A stretch of 64,000 nucleotides of DNA from Convolutriloba macropyga (Eukaryota), in contig NC_134471.1 of assembly GCF_964194025.1 (NCBI RefSeq), positions 12,276,001 through 12,340,000 on the forward strand, read 5' to 3'. Below the pieces are notes generated by a model. The model was given only the letters and a program-made list of their open reading frames with translations. It ran no database searches and was not told where the DNA came from. The position numbers and the translations under genes were made by a program. Shown here one piece after another: positions 24,989 to 38,637 of this stretch (positions within the stretch are counted from its first letter, which is position 1; every line of letters starts with the position of its first letter).

Positions 24989-27900
24989 ATATTTTTAAAC
25001 TTGTTTGATTATCAAATTTGAATTTGTGAGCTTTGTTCAAGTTTCTCAACGGGAAAACCACAGAAGACTGTTTTTAAGCTACTGTGTGCATAATCAGGGT
25101 TTCTATGATCCTTGGAATGGAACCTGTGGAAATGAGCAGCTTTATACGGAGATTGCGGATAATTTCATTTTAAAATGTTTCTGAAAAACTTTTTTTTTCA
25201 AAACTTATTTCTTAAAAACAGAGCATTACTAGTCATAAAAAAACCAGATCAATTATATTTCCAATTCTAATCAAAGCTATTTTTGTGGCGTTGTCGCTTT
25301 ATTGCGAGATGAAGAATGGATATTGAAAATCATATGATCCTTATAGAGAACTTTTTTTGTTTTAGATAAATATTCAGGAATACAGCCATGGAATTAGTTA
25401 GTTTTCAGAATTAGTCTTTCGTATTCCAAAACTCTGTCGGATATCGGACGTACCAATTTTTTTAGCTCACAAAACCCTCCAGATGTACTCCTACTTTTAT
25501 CATCAACAAGAAAATTGGAAATGTCAGTTTCTGAAAATGGTCCGGTGAAAATCTTCGCTCGACCAGCTGATTGTGTAGGCAGCTAAGTCTCAGTGAAAAA
25601 AAGCACCTGTTAGACTTTAAAAAAAGCTTTTGTATACCAGAATAATATTGTAAAAAATGCATCAGAGGGCCAGTTTTTGAGGAAACTATTGTACAGTCTT
25701 GGAGGAAAAAAACAAATTCACAGAATTGTGGGTGAAAGGTCTAATTTCCCGCTCGCGGGTTTTCTTTTGACTGCACCCCAGGTATTTGACATGCTCAAGA
25801 TTTTACTCAATACATTTTGATGCGAACCAACCGTTGAAATCAAAATTTTGATTGATGGACTCAAAGATTTCAGATTGGTAAATCAGGCTCACCGTTTTCA
25901 GCTAATTCGATTTTGGATATAACACGTAACAGTCCCCATCCCAAAAATTTTTTGTCAAGGCTCACATCAATAACATTGAAGGGTTTTCTTTCATGGTCAC
26001 TTTATTTTGTCAAGCTTTTTATCTGCTTAAAATGTTTATTTATTCTTTTTGTCGTTAGTATTTCAGCTCATTCAATTTTCTCAAAGATTTTTATATAATC
26101 GGTTATTTTACTGAGATCATTGCAAAGTTGTTTTTAAATACGTCTTTCACTATTTTGAGCGAGATTTTTCTCGGCATACATTTAGTCCGGATATCGAGAG
26201 AGTAAAACTCATTCTAAGTGATATGTTGTTGGATAATAACATATTCCTCCTTAAGCAAAAATTCATTTTCATCACTTTTAGTCGCTTTTGTTTGTTTATT
26301 TAGGATTTCGCTGAACTGATTAATGGTACAGTGCTGCTTTCGGATAAGAACAATTACACCTCGTCCAACAGTTTTCTTAATCATTTTCCCGTTTCCCGTT
26401 TCAAAAAAAATTTGATGAACAATTATGCGCTACCTGAATGTGCATATTTTGAGTGAATTTTGCGCAATTTTTGTCAACATTTGACTGAAAATTGGACAAA
26501 AACAGCATTTTTGGGCTTGAAATGCTACTTTTTTCTCTATCTTCTACTGCTCATACTTATTTGTCACGATCAATCATCTACGAAACTTGTCACAATCAAT
26601 CTCTTCAAGCCGACGCGTAACCAAATCGTTTTTAAATAAAAAATTATGATAATTCTGATTTTTTGCAAATTCTATTTAGAAATCAGCTGGCCGATAATCG
26701 TATTTCAAATGGAAAATCACGGATAGTCTGGAAGTTATAAGGATTAAGTTCTGATCCTTATGTTGAATTGGATTTATACGTTCCCAGTACTGATATGTAG
26801 TTGGAGTTATATTGTCTTCATTCTCAACCTAAAAATTCAACCTAACTTTTCGTCTGGATTTCACAATTATCTCAAATTTGAGTACCGACCCTGAAACAGA
26901 CATAGAGTCACATAAAATATAAAAATATTCTATGCCAGTTTTAGACCTACAATCCCTACCTGATTTTCGTAAGCAGTTCAAGTAACTTTTCTGTAAAATC
27001 TATCCTGCGTTTTCCAAGTTTTTGAAGAAGATCTAGAATAAAAAATTTCGCGCATCCTAACGCAATAATTTTGTTCAACATCTCTAATATTTCCGGTTTA
27101 AATAACATTAAAAGACTTTGTAAATGGTGGCTGATGAAAATCCTTAGCCTCATTTTATCACCGATGCTTAAAACAAACTAATTTTCCATAAGGGAATATT
27201 TGAAATTGATTATAAGTTTGTATTAGTTGCTTTGTCCAATATCAAAGTTTAAATCACAACTGGTGCGCAATGTCTATATGGAATAAAACTCTAATGTGGA
27301 AACTGCTCAACTACATATAATAATAATTATATGAACAAATTGGAAGTACACAGATTGATTTTGCACTTTTTGGTCGCATAAAACTTTATCATTGGAATTT
27401 AACGCCATATTGCTCATATATTTAAATTAAACATTTAGTTTTGTTCACATTTCCATTATTCGTGTGATTGTATGGAACGTTGATTTCCACGGTGAAATGT
27501 TATGTCAGTGTGAAATTTTGATAAACCAAATTGCAAAAAAAAATACAAAAAACACGATTAATATAGACAAATTGCTTAGACTTGGGTCAAATGTTTTTAA
27601 ATTTGGGTAAAGTCTTTTGAAAGTGAAATGTAAACATTTTACTATTTTCACTATTTTCTAACTTGTAGTGATATGTAATTGCATTCGACAGTTTTTCTGG
27701 AGTGATTAAATTGGTTTTACTTAGACTCTGATAAAATTGAGCAGTTTTCATATCACGGCAGCGCTAACGCAATCTGCATTCTTTTTTGGTATACTAAAGC
27801 TTTTTTACTGCTAAAAATTACCCCAGAAATTCTCAAGGCGATTATTCTACTTTTAGTTATTTTATTAATTAATAAAATCATCGAGTTATGCACACAGTTA

Positions 27901-28023
27901 AATTTAAATTAGTTGTGGCAATTTCCTAAAATATTTTGTCTATTGAGCGCAATCTTTGTTCTGACGTCACTATTGTCGTGCCGACACTTCGTCACCGCAT
28001 GAAATAAAAAAGAATTTAAAAAA

Positions 28024-28281
28024 ATGTCGCAAGAACTTTTCTCAGACGAAGAGACCAAAATCTTGGCCAATTCTATCGCCAGTTCAGCTCATCGATACAG
28101 TGCACTGGACTCAACAGAAGATCTATCCGAAAAAACAACCCGTGACGTCACAAATGTCCAGGAGTTTCAAGTTAGTCACGAAAAGGATAATAATGATGGG
28201 TCCCAACTGGAAACGAACCACATTCCAAGGTTCGAAAAGTACTGCAAAACGTTCGCACTCAGCTGTCTCATGTTCGGAATG
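28024..28281 (+). CDS. MFSD4/NaGLT1-like MFS transporter, exon 1
   Basis: ATG 28024; acidic N-terminus then start of TM1 (KTFALSCLMFGM); donor ATG|gtaaga, phase 0. Confidence 0.8.
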
Positions 28282-28315
28282 GTAAGATTTTGAGAACTTC
28301 CTCAATTAGTTCAAA

Positions 28316-29314
28316 CCCGGACCGAACTACAAGTCGGATCTTTTCCATTTGTGCCCCCTCCCCAGCTTAGTGGGTGCATATTATTTGCACCCCTCAGACG
28401 CACGTGCCATGTTTTCACATAATAATTCACCATGTTATGGCACGTGTTCTGTTACTGGGGGCGCATAACGTATTGGGAGGCAGAAACGGAAAAGATCTTC
28501 CAAGTCTATATCAGTACTAATCAAGTCTAAATACAAGTCTTATATCGTTTTTCAGTACTCGGCAAGTCTTATTACAAGTCTTACAGTTCTGACAAGTCTT
28601 GGCCAAGACTCGTATAACACTTGCAAGTTGATTCCCATGTCAAACAAAAACTTTTCAAAAAAATGTGACTGAAAAATTTGAATCGAAAAAAAATATATTG
28701 TCACGTGCCACGTTTTCAGGATTAATTTTAAGCCACTTTCCAGGCGTGCTGTAAAATGATACCGGGGCATACCAAAGGGTAAATTACCAACCTGGGAGAG
28801 TCCGTGGGTCCAAAAAGCGCCAATTTCAGGTCATTCTGGGCCGTTTTCAGCATTTTCAGTCCAATTTTGACAAAGATGGACTTAAATTGAAGAATATTTC
28901 AGATCTTGTGAGTTAGTCTGGAGTTTCTAATCAGAGGAAAATTGTATAGAAAACCACTCTAATTGTACCCATGCTGTCCCGGGTTCTTGTTGACTTTTTG
29001 GACGATTTCCCGGCTATTTTGGACAATTTTCTGGCTATTTCTGGACAATTTCCCCGGCTATTTTTGACGATTTCACGGTCAAGTTCTCTCAATTTTTTGA
29101 CTAATTTAGGCGTTTTCTGAACCTATTTTCAACTTTTGGATTTTGGATATAGAGTTGCCAGGTCTTAGCCAAGACTTGGATTTAGACTCGCCAAGTCTTA
29201 GGTGGAAACTGCCAAGTGTAAAAAGTGACATGATCATAGCTCTGAAACAGTAATAAATTGAGACTTGGAATTAGACTTGCCCAGTACTGAAATTGACGTG
29301 GCGTTGGGGCCGGG
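28316..29314. mobile_element. Non-autonomous TIR DNA transposon (CACTA/EnSpm-like) in MFS intron 1
   Basis: Termini cccggaccgaac...gttggggccggg (10/12 match); 2-bp TSD AA; inverted subterminal caagtct/agacttg arrays. Confidence 0.65.
28335..28499. mobile_element. Small MITE nested in the 28316-29314 element
   Basis: TIR ggatcttttccatttgtgccccc / ggcagaaacggaaaagatc; a related right end occurs at ~61597-61620. Confidence 0.55.
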
Positions 29315-30025
29315 AACTCAACTTCGCAATAATTTTATTCAATGCCTAAACGGCTTAAGAACAATACTATTTTTTCAGGTTTGTTGAGCTTCTGAAATGT
29401 CATCTTGCAATATTTGCTAAAAACTCTTTTTTTAGTAAAAACGACGTCAATATTTAAAAATTTTTTAGTTTTGTTTGTATTTTAAAACTGTCAGTTCAAA
29501 ATTTCTCATAATCATCCTGCGCAATTCAAACTCAGGTTTCAGCCAACAGTGGAATATTTGTTCCTCTAAAAACTGTTTTCACGGTTATATTTCCGAGTAA
29601 TTTTTCTAAACGTGCTTGAGGCTCCGGCTCCTGGCCTGCCCTCTATAAAAACCTTTGGAAAAGATTTTCATTTTCTGTCATTAGGATGTGCCTCTCAAGC
29701 CCTAATATCCTGTTATTTGCTGTAGACTCGCATAAATAGGCAAAGTTGTTAGGAAAAAAAAGAAACTGATGAAGGGTTTTCCTATTTTTCATCAACATAT
29801 TAGAGATTCTGGAAATCAGAATAAAAATGCTAAAATGCGCTGCTTTATCAAAATATTATCTAATAAAAAGTGAATCAAAATTTTTTAGAGAAATCTGTGC
29901 GACAAAACTTTTCTGAGATTTGCAAAAGTAATTAATAAAAAATGTAATTAGAAAATTAAAAATTGATTTAAAAAATGGAGTCAAATGTATCAATATTTTT
30001 CTAACTTCTACTAAATTTTTTACAG

Positions 30026-30155
30026 GGCACAATGCATGCAATAATAGGACCGACACTGCTTGACTTGGCTTATGGTCTGTCAGTGACTCTATCACAAGTA
30101 TCTCTCGTGTTTGTGGGACAAGCAACTGGATTCATTATCGGAGTCATCATTGGAG
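30026..30155 (+). CDS. MFS transporter exon 2
   Basis: tttttacag|GGC; GTMHAIIGPTLLDLA (MFSD4-type GPTLLDL motif); donor G|gtgagg. Confidence 0.9.
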
Positions 30156-30629
30156 GTGAGGCTATATCTGCAAACTTATATCCATTTTCGGGCTGCTTAC
30201 AATACAGGTTTTAACCCAATTACTCCGGTCAATTTTTTTTAGCTTTATATCTTTTTAATTGTTCCACTTTTTTAACCAATTTTTTTCGACAGACAACTCC
30301 AGCCATGATACTACTGTCAAAGTTGTAGCGTGCAACCATATAGCTCGTAATTGTGATTGTAAATGCATTTTACGAACCGTAGACACTTGCAAATTTTGTA
30401 TCCGCATGTATACAACGTCTCTCCTATGATAACGAAGCAATGTTCGGATTGAAGTTTTACATGAACTTTGTGAACAAAATCTTCTGACAAGAATTATTAG
30501 CAAAGGAAAAAAGGCGAAAGAAGTAAATCTATACCTTTCATCGGATTCAATTATTGCAATAGACGTATTAGCTTCTCTACTCTGACTATATATAACAACT
30601 ATTCTCATTATCCTCATAAAAAGTTCAAA

Positions 30630-30703
30630 CATTTTTAGGATATATTCTACCTTCCCCCGTTTAGTGCACTAAACGGGGGAAGGTAGAATATATCCTAAAA
30701 ATG
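30630..30703. repeat. Perfect 74-bp spacerless palindrome in MFS intron 2
   Basis: catttttaggatatattctaccttcccccgtttagtg followed directly by its exact reverse complement. Confidence 0.97.
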
Positions 30704-30946
30704 GCTATATAAAATTTAACCCCCCCCCCCCTCGCAGGTTTTATTTTTTCATAGTAACTTGTTATATGAGCTCGCATAATTTGTAATTGGGGCTCAAAAA
30801 CACTGGAGGCGAGCTTTGATCATCATTTTCACAGTTTTCATTGACATGTTAACAAATCCGGATCAGATCTAGTTAACAAAAAATGCAATCAAGGATCATA
30901 CATGTATTACGTCAGGAATTGATCAAGATTTCGCTATCTTTTTCAG

Positions 30947-31102
30947 GTGTGACGTGTGATTACGTGGATCACTGGCTGCTACTCCTGGTGGTGTTGATAG
31001 GTGCTGCCTCCCTCACCATGGCCGTACCCTTCTGGCCCACTCTGGCCACTCTAGTCATTGCTTCCCTCTTCAGGGGAGCCTGCATGCGGGCACTAGAGTT
31101 GG
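30947..31102 (+). CDS. MFS transporter exon 3
   Basis: tttcag|; GVTCDYVDHWLLL...RGACMRALEL; phase 1-1; donor gtgcgt. Confidence 0.88.
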
Positions 31103-31217
31103 GTGCGTAACTTATATATAGTTCAATTTGATCATCAATTGTAAATTTTCCGAGCAATAATTTTAGTGAACGTTTCAGCTGTTATTTTTATAAACTCTTA
31201 ATTGCTGAATGTTTCAG

Positions 31218-31346
31218 TTGTGAACATAGCCCTGTTAGACTTGTGGGGAAAGGAGAGCAGTTCACCAATGCAGCAATTGCACTTCACTGTGGCTGTGGGC
31301 TGTGGAGTTGTACCCCTGCTTGTGAAACCATTTGCGGGCAAAGAAA
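31218..31346 (+). CDS. MFS transporter exon 4
   Basis: gtttcag|; VVNIALLDLWGKESSSPMQQLHFTVAVGCGVVPLLVKPF matches the MFSD4 LWG...PxMQxLHF motif; donor gtaaat. Confidence 0.9.
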
Positions 31347-32794
31347 GTAAATAAATACTTATAAACTAGAGTAGAACTGTCCGGCCGTCACCCCCCTCCC
31401 CTTGTACCTAGAAGAGATTTGCCCCTTCTCAACTAAAAGATACTTTAGTTACCAAATAGGCGTCTGGCAGAAAGATGTATAAGTGATAGGTTTTAGTGAC
31501 CCCGCGCTCTTATTTGCCCGAGTTTGCGGTTTCGTATCACCATAACAGAGAATTCACATCAGATTGAAGTGTGCAATGGTTTTAATACTTTGTTTTGTGT
31601 ACTGCAAACGATGTCGACCTGGGAAAAATCCAAATTTCTCTTCTAGGATATTGTACTTACGATAAAACGCTCTAAGAAATGTTCAAATGGACCGTTTTAT
31701 GGCTACAAATTTTCCCTCAAAATTATTAAGTTCAGCTTCCCATAAAAAAGTTGTTATCGATAACAGTTAACATATTATGGGGAGACTTTGCTATCATAGC
31801 AAGATCATTAAACGGAAGTTTTTGGACTTTTAGGGATTTTATATGTTTGGTTTTACGATAAGTAAGTTTGGTAAGCCTGGGTAACCATGGACATGGCTGT
31901 AAAAATAATATAAATACCATTTATCTGCTCAGCATGCACTTCAGCTTCCACCAATGAACCGAGAGAAACCAGGATATATAAGAGTTTTCACAAATAAGTT
32001 CCCCACATGAAAAGATTATAATCTTTTCACGAGTGAAACTAATTTTTGAAAACTCTTAATCATAAAACAAGCCATAAATGGCAACTTACGAATCATAGCA
32101 TGATCATAGAACAAAAACAATTCATGACTTTTATGGGCCATAGATGGTTCGTTTTATGTTAAGTAAGTTCCCATATATGGTCCATTTTATGGTAAGTAAG
32201 TTACCATATATGGTTCGTTTTTATGGTAAGTAAGTTTGGTCATTCCAGATAAAGACAAAGACTTTCCAAAACAGGGTGTAAAAAACGGCTAGGGAGATTT
32301 TATTAAATAGTTAACCATTCATTGAATTGGCGCCTTTTCATTTTTGTATTTTTTATTTGTTCCAAAACATTTCAATGACATCACAACTTAAACAACTTAA
32401 ACATTGTAAAGACCGGTTGGTGAACAAAAACTATTATTGTACCAAATTTCATTAGGATTTATTAAAGATATGCGGAAAACTTTAAAAGAAAAATTGGTTA
32501 TTTAAAATAATGCAGACGTTGGAAAAGGGGTACAGACGAGCTTACTCTTTCAGTTGACTGTGGCAAAACTTCAAATTCAGTTGGAGAAAATAAGTTACAT
32601 TCAAAATTAGGAAACCGGTGACAAATAAAGTTTTTGTACGCTTTTTTTAAAAAAAAAAATTAGGTCACTTAGCCCACAAAGGTGGTTATTTTTTTCTTCA
32701 AGAAGTTTGCGACCAAATCACCTTTTGCGTGTAATAATCGGAGGACAACGCTTAGAGGAGTTCAAAAATGTTATAATGCCTTTCTATATTTCAG

Positions 32795-32908
32795 TTCACA
32801 GAAGCAAGAGGTCCCCTACAAATACCCGCCAAATAACCCGAGTAACAACTAACCCTCTTGGCAGTTTGAACAACCTGTCAGCTAGTGTGTCGCAAAGTGT
32901 TATTCCAG
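32795..32908 (+). CDS. MFS transporter probable exon 5 (TM5-TM6 loop)
   Basis: atttcag|, phase 1-1, IHRSKRSPTNTRQITRVTTNPLGSLNNLSASVSQSVIP; donor CAG|gttctt. Confidence 0.55.
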
Positions 32909-33173
32909 GTTCTTCTGAGATCAAAAAATCAATAAGGAACAGTTTCCTTTCGTTTTTTCCTGAGTGAAGTAAGAATTAGGATTAACTATCTATAGATTGC
33001 TGCCAATGTTTTTCAACTCGGAAACGGGGTTAGAAAACTTATGCCAGCCCAATTTTTTGTTAAGCCTAGTTTGGTTATCTTTAACGGAGAGATAAATCTG
33101 GTGCCAGTGATGCATTAGATTGATCGCTGGAGAGACATTTTCAGTTTTTTAGTTTCCCGAGGAAATGAGAAGA

Positions 33174-33320
33174 CTCATAATTTCTCATAATTTCACATAA
33201 TTTCTCATAATTTCACATAATTTCTCATAATTTCACATAATTTCTCATAATTTTCTCATAATTTTCTCATAATTTTCTCATAATTTTCTCATAATTTCTC
33301 ATAAAATTTCTCATAATTTC
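33174..33320. repeat. Minisatellite (TTTCTCATAA/TTTCACATAA)n, ~14 units
   Basis: Direct reading of 10-11-bp units. Confidence 0.95.
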
Positions 33321-33725
33321 CCCTTTTCTTGCCTTTTCAATGGCTTTAAATTTGTTCCAACTTAAGCTCGCTTGAACTTGCCAAAAATTTATGTTCAATT
33401 GGTTACTCTACCATCCTTTTTCTACAGATTTTAAAGATAATCATCTTTAGCTATTCATTAGGGTTTGATAAAAGTCAAAATTTCTGAATTGCGCAAAAAG
33501 GAAATTTCTGCGCAAAATACTTTTGAATTTGTAACTAAATACGTTCTCTATGGTTTTCGAATATCAATAGCATTTAATTTACCGATAAACAACTTTAGCA
33601 GTAATTCTTAAACTTAAAAAAAAATTAAGTTCGGTGATGAAAAAAATGAAAAAAGCCCGTGTTTTTCATAACTGTTCTAAAGTCTTAAACTGTTTCTCTT
33701 TTATTTGATTTTTTTTGTTTTGCAG

Positions 33726-33769
33726 AACATCTCAATGTAAAAGAGTGGTTATCAGTTGATTCTCATCCA
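33726..33769 (+). CDS. MFS transporter probable exon 6 (44 bp)
   Basis: Long polypyrimidine tract, ttgcag|; EHLNVKEWLSVDSHP|gtaact converts phase 1 to phase 0 as the next exon requires. Confidence 0.5.
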
Positions 33770-33856
33770 GTAACTAGCTGTCTGTTTGAAATGCTTTGGT
33801 GAGCTGCGATCTCAATAAGCTGCAAAAATTCACAAATTCATTTGCTGTTCAGTATA

Positions 33857-34659
33857 TCCGGGTCGAGTTCGAATCGTTAACTTGTGGGAACTTGCAAGTT
33901 TCTCGCAAAAGATGGTGAACTTGTAAGAATTTGCAAGTCGAATGGTTAACTTGTGAGAACTTGAAAATCGAATAGTAAACTTGCAGGAACTTTTATGTCG
34001 AATGGCCAGTTTGTAAGTTTCTTGCACGTTCGTTCCGGTATAGCTCGACTCTTATCGGTTAATTTAATTTAACACACAAAGTTTTTATTTCTCAGTTTTA
34101 TGAACTCAAGAGCACCTTTTGCACTTCAATTTATGAACAATAGATACTATTTGGCTTCCTCGCGGTTGCTTTGTTAAAAGTCTTCCTAAAATTTAAACAC
34201 TTTTTGACTTTGATTGAAGTTTCAAATTCATATGTCATCATTTTCACAAAACAATTTTGTGACCCTTCATTTTTTTAACATTTTTTTTATAATTTCAACT
34301 CACACTTTTCCCGATTCTCTGTTTTTGAAGTTTCTATTTACCATCATATCTTGCAATGTTTTATTGGCTTTTACTACAGTTTACGCAAAAATTTTATCTG
34401 GTAACAACTTAAATTCAAAGAACTCATTTAAAAAGTTATGTATGTTTAACTTGTAGGAACCGTGATAGTTAAACGGCTAAATTTCAATAGCCTTTTAACT
34501 CGAATGGTTAACTTTTAAGAGTCTTGTAAGTCGAATGATTAACTTGTAAGAACTTGGAAGTTTTCTGGAAGAAAAATTTGCAGGGCGTTGAATAACATTT
34601 TAAGTTTCTGCCAGAAACTTGCAAGTTCTTACAAGTTAACCTTTCGGCCTCGACCCGGG
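33857..34659. mobile_element. Non-autonomous TIR DNA transposon (CACTA/EnSpm-like), 803 bp
   Basis: Termini (t)ccgggtcgag...ctcgacccggg; 2-bp TSD TA; subterminal gttaacttgtaagaacttgcaag repeats. Confidence 0.75.
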
Positions 34660-34929
34660 TAACTTAAAAACGACAAATATCCATTATTTACAGATTGTTT
34701 TGAATAATGGATTTGAAAGTGAAAAAGAAAAACTTTTGAACGTTGCAAGAAAGCGGATTTACAGTTCATTTTATTCTCGATGCAATAATTGTTTGCATTA
34801 GAAAATCAGAAATTTCAAAAAAAAAATGTCCGAAACAATTGATTGATTTGCCTCTTGATTAATTTTACGACTAGAAAAAAAATAAGTTTGAAACCGTTGT
34901 TAGTCGTGACCCACTGGACAAAATAGAAG

Positions 34930-37250
34930 AACAAAAAGGCTAAGTAACGTGCGTAGGCATAGAAAGTTTCATCCCCGCTCATCCACATTTTTCATTTAAT
35001 CGGCTATCAAATGAAGATATAGAAAACTTTCAAAAACATACACATCAATAAACCACTAATGGAATAAAAACTGCCACGTCATAGGACCGACAAAACTTGT
35101 TGTTAATAGGACTACTAGAAAAGACAATTAAAAAATCAAACAATAAACATTAATTATTACCAAAACTCGATGTCTAAATTAAAATAAATCATAACAAAAT
35201 CAAAACCGCATCAGATAAAACATAAATAAAAACAAAATAGTCTATACTTCATCATAAAAGATATCAGAACTGACCTCAATCGACTGGGTAACAGGCCAAA
35301 AAAGAGCAAAAAGGTGTGAACTTCAAAAATAGGTTTCTATTTTGAAAAGCAACTAATTTTAAAGTGACTATTAATATTAGATATTAACAGAAACCACTAA
35401 AAGGTTCATTTATATTTCCATAGGAAGCAATTGAGATCTGTCATTAACCAGTGTAGGTCATAAGACTACAACAAGAAGGACAAATACCGGCAAAACTAAA
35501 ACTTCATTTCAACTTTGCGCGAAATTAGCAGTGAAGCCGTTACAAGCAATATTGTCACTAAGAGCATTAAAAATGTTCAATTGCACATTATTTTAAAGCT
35601 AATGGGACCTACTATTAATGTTATAACTTAGGAAGCAACCAAAAATCTTTTAAAATGTAAAAATTTACAAAAATCTGATTTTATAAAACCTCGTAGTATC
35701 AGTACTAATAAAGCTGAGAAAAAAAAGGGTAAAAGAGGTATAACGATTAAACTAGAGCCCACTGGAAACGGGTTGTGACCAGTCTTTACAGAGACTAAGC
35801 TACAAATTGTCTGAAAATAAAACTTTATACGTCAAAGCTCAAAAATCCAAAAATGTTTTTGAAAAGAATTGTTTTCAAAAGTCATTACAGACATAAAATT
35901 TCAACAAAAAGAGATCGATTAACAATCAACACCTCAAGAAGCCAATTGGATCTCGTGTGAATGAGACTAAGACACGAGACTACAAAAGACAAAAAAGCAA
36001 GAAGCCAGAACTTCACAAACAAATTTACGACACCACAGTGTTCAAGGCGCTATATTTAAGACACTAAGATGTTATCTTCAAGATCTTTAAATCATCACTA
36101 ATTTTCTTCTCAACAACAACGGCTCTTCCTTAGAAAAAAGATTACGGAGAAATGACTGAATAAACCCTAAAATTAAACAGTTTCTTAAAGAAATTTTATA
36201 AAAAAAATGGTCGAAGCCATCAGTCAAAAAATACAAAAAAAGGGAAAAAATATTTGAATGAACAAAACTATATGAGACAAAATTTAACAAAAATATATTC
36301 ACGGTCATAAGAGACATTAGATAACAACTGAAAGCAATGTCTAGGTTACCTATACCTCAAAAAGACCGAGTGGATCTTTGATTGGGGAGACTAAGTAATT
36401 AGTTTACAAAAAGTAATACATATTAAAACAAAACATAAGGAGTCCAAAAAATTTTACAAAAAAATTAGTCAGAGCCAAAAAAAAACCATTAGTTTATCTC
36501 TGAAATTATAATATACGTTTGTTGGGCCTCATTTTTTGTCATTATTACTTGTCAATAAATAAGCCCTGATTTGAAAAGTTTGTCAGTAATTTACATAAAA
36601 TCTTTTATTTTGAAAAAAAAGGAGCGCCTAATTAAAAAGCCGCGTTTTTTACCGTAAGTGTTCAAGGTGAGATCAAGATCAGCCCTGATATTTTTAGTAC
36701 AAAATTGACTAAAATCTTTTAGTGTTTCAAAAAAAATATTGCATTTTTTTTAAATATCGAGTTTAAATTTGTAAAAAAACTGGCAAAATAATAACTGCAT
36801 AAGACTCTCAAGTCCAGTTGGAATACAGTTAGTTCTCCTTTTAAGCTTACAAAGTCCGAGATTAGAGAAACTTGGCTTAAATTCTACCCAAAAAATTGAA
36901 TCCAACAATTCAGTAACCCTCCTCTATCTTTAAAGATGAAATTAATCCCTCTACCGTTATTAAATTTAACATATTTCAGCAAAAATGACAAAAATTTGAT
37001 CAAAAATACCGAAAATGTGAAATAACAACCGAATATCGTCTCCTATGCACAAAATTTAAAACTCGATAACTCCCTGAAAAAGGCAAAAACAAAAAAAAAA
37101 TAATTCCATTTTCTACGGTGGACGGGCTTTCTAATGCTCTCACTCACAACTCTCTACCATGATTATATCGGTCTGCCAAAATTGACTGAACAAAGAAAAA
37201 CCCTTTTTAAATATATCGTTCCTCCCCCCACTATAGTGAGTCGGTACAAT
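34930..37250 (+). mobile_element. ~2.3-kb interspersed repeat, copy A (Helentron/HINE-like)
   Basis: Homologous to 51655-54285, 62615-64000 and inverted 48805-51055; conserved ccgctcatccac near the 5' end and a gttcc...gg(a/t)ac hairpin at the 3' end; no coding capacity. Confidence 0.65.
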
Positions 37251-38637
37251 TATCATTTCAACCCTAAGGTCTTCAAATCTATCTACGAAATGATAATCAG
37301 CAATTGTTTATTTTTCACCAAATTCTTTTTGATTTTCTGTGCTAAAAAGCAATTTGTATACACATGGCCGCTTGATATCAAGTCAATATAGATCATTTGT
37401 TTCATAACCAATATCTGTAGCTGTTGTTTTAATTTTTTTTAAAATAAATTTAAAAAATTTATAGTTTCAAATGAGAAATTTGCAATCTCAAAAACTTTTT
37501 ATGGAATCAAAATTAAATTGTTTCATTTTGCTGTCAAAACGGAAATCCCTGCATCAATCACTATAACAAATAAATAAAAGTTGATTGGCATAATTTCAGA
37601 ACACCGTACGCCGCTTTTTCTAGTTTGACGTCGATGAAATTGTTTGACACACGCGGTCTTTAAATACGTGACATACAGTCAATTTTAAATAAAGTTGTAG
37701 TAACTTTTTTTCCTGACCAATCTGATTTGACCGCAATCACCGCATTTCTTACGAAAATTCACCGCATTCACCGCATTTCTTACGAAAACTCACCGCATTC
37801 ACCGCATTTCTTACGAAAATTTACCCAAAAACCTCGACCCGGGCCTATATGAGTTCTAATTTTTAAAAATTCTAACTGTTCGTTTCTCTGTTATATCGAG
37901 AATCCGCTAACTAATTAATCTCTTTTCTTAAAAAAAATTCTATAGCTAGATATTTGAACATGCAGCTTCGACGCTAAAGCTGAAAAAACAGCCTAGGCTT
38001 GGTTGAAGCTTTATGCGGAAAAGCATATTATCAATCCTCGTTATTTATTATAATGCAATATTAATTTCTACTAACTCGAATAGTCCAAACACGGATTAGT
38101 AAAACAAATATAATCGACGAATGTCATGGGAACAATTCTACACCAATCAAAAACTATGTTTTTAATTTGTATGGGGGTGGCAACCTAAATTTCAATTTTA
38201 AAATTTTGGATTTTTTGTGGCCGACTTTTTTTTGGGATCTAGACACTGACTGTTTTTGACTTTTGGCAGTTCAATTAGAAATGAAAAAAAAATGATTTTT
38301 ACCTGTGTTTGAGATGTCACATACATTGAACCTTTTACAGAATACGAAAGAAATGGCAATCGAATCCAGCGTGACAACAATTGTGTACGCTAAATAAAGT
38401 TAAGGTATTTATACCTTAACGGAGTTAAGGTAAACCGTTGATAAGATAAAGTTTACCTTAACTTTACCTTAACTTGAGTTAAAGTCCATTTATTAACTTC
38501 AAGCCAGCTAAAGATTTTTATAGGCTAGTTTGGGTAAATCACGGTACTTGGGAAATAAGCTAGGGTACTATTCAACTATGTTTTACTATGATCCTGGTAA
38601 TTTGACTTGTGACTGAAAAATCCTGAATTCTTGATAG

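Noticed and set aside
27962-27969. CRE palindrome TGACGTCA upstream of the MFS ATG
   Set aside because: A single 8-mer; transcription start unknown.
37231-37243. ctatagtgagtcg, 13-nt match to the T7 promoter reverse complement
   Set aside because: It is part of the repeat family's 3' hairpin (homologue at ~54266 differs) and no vector sequence is adjacent.
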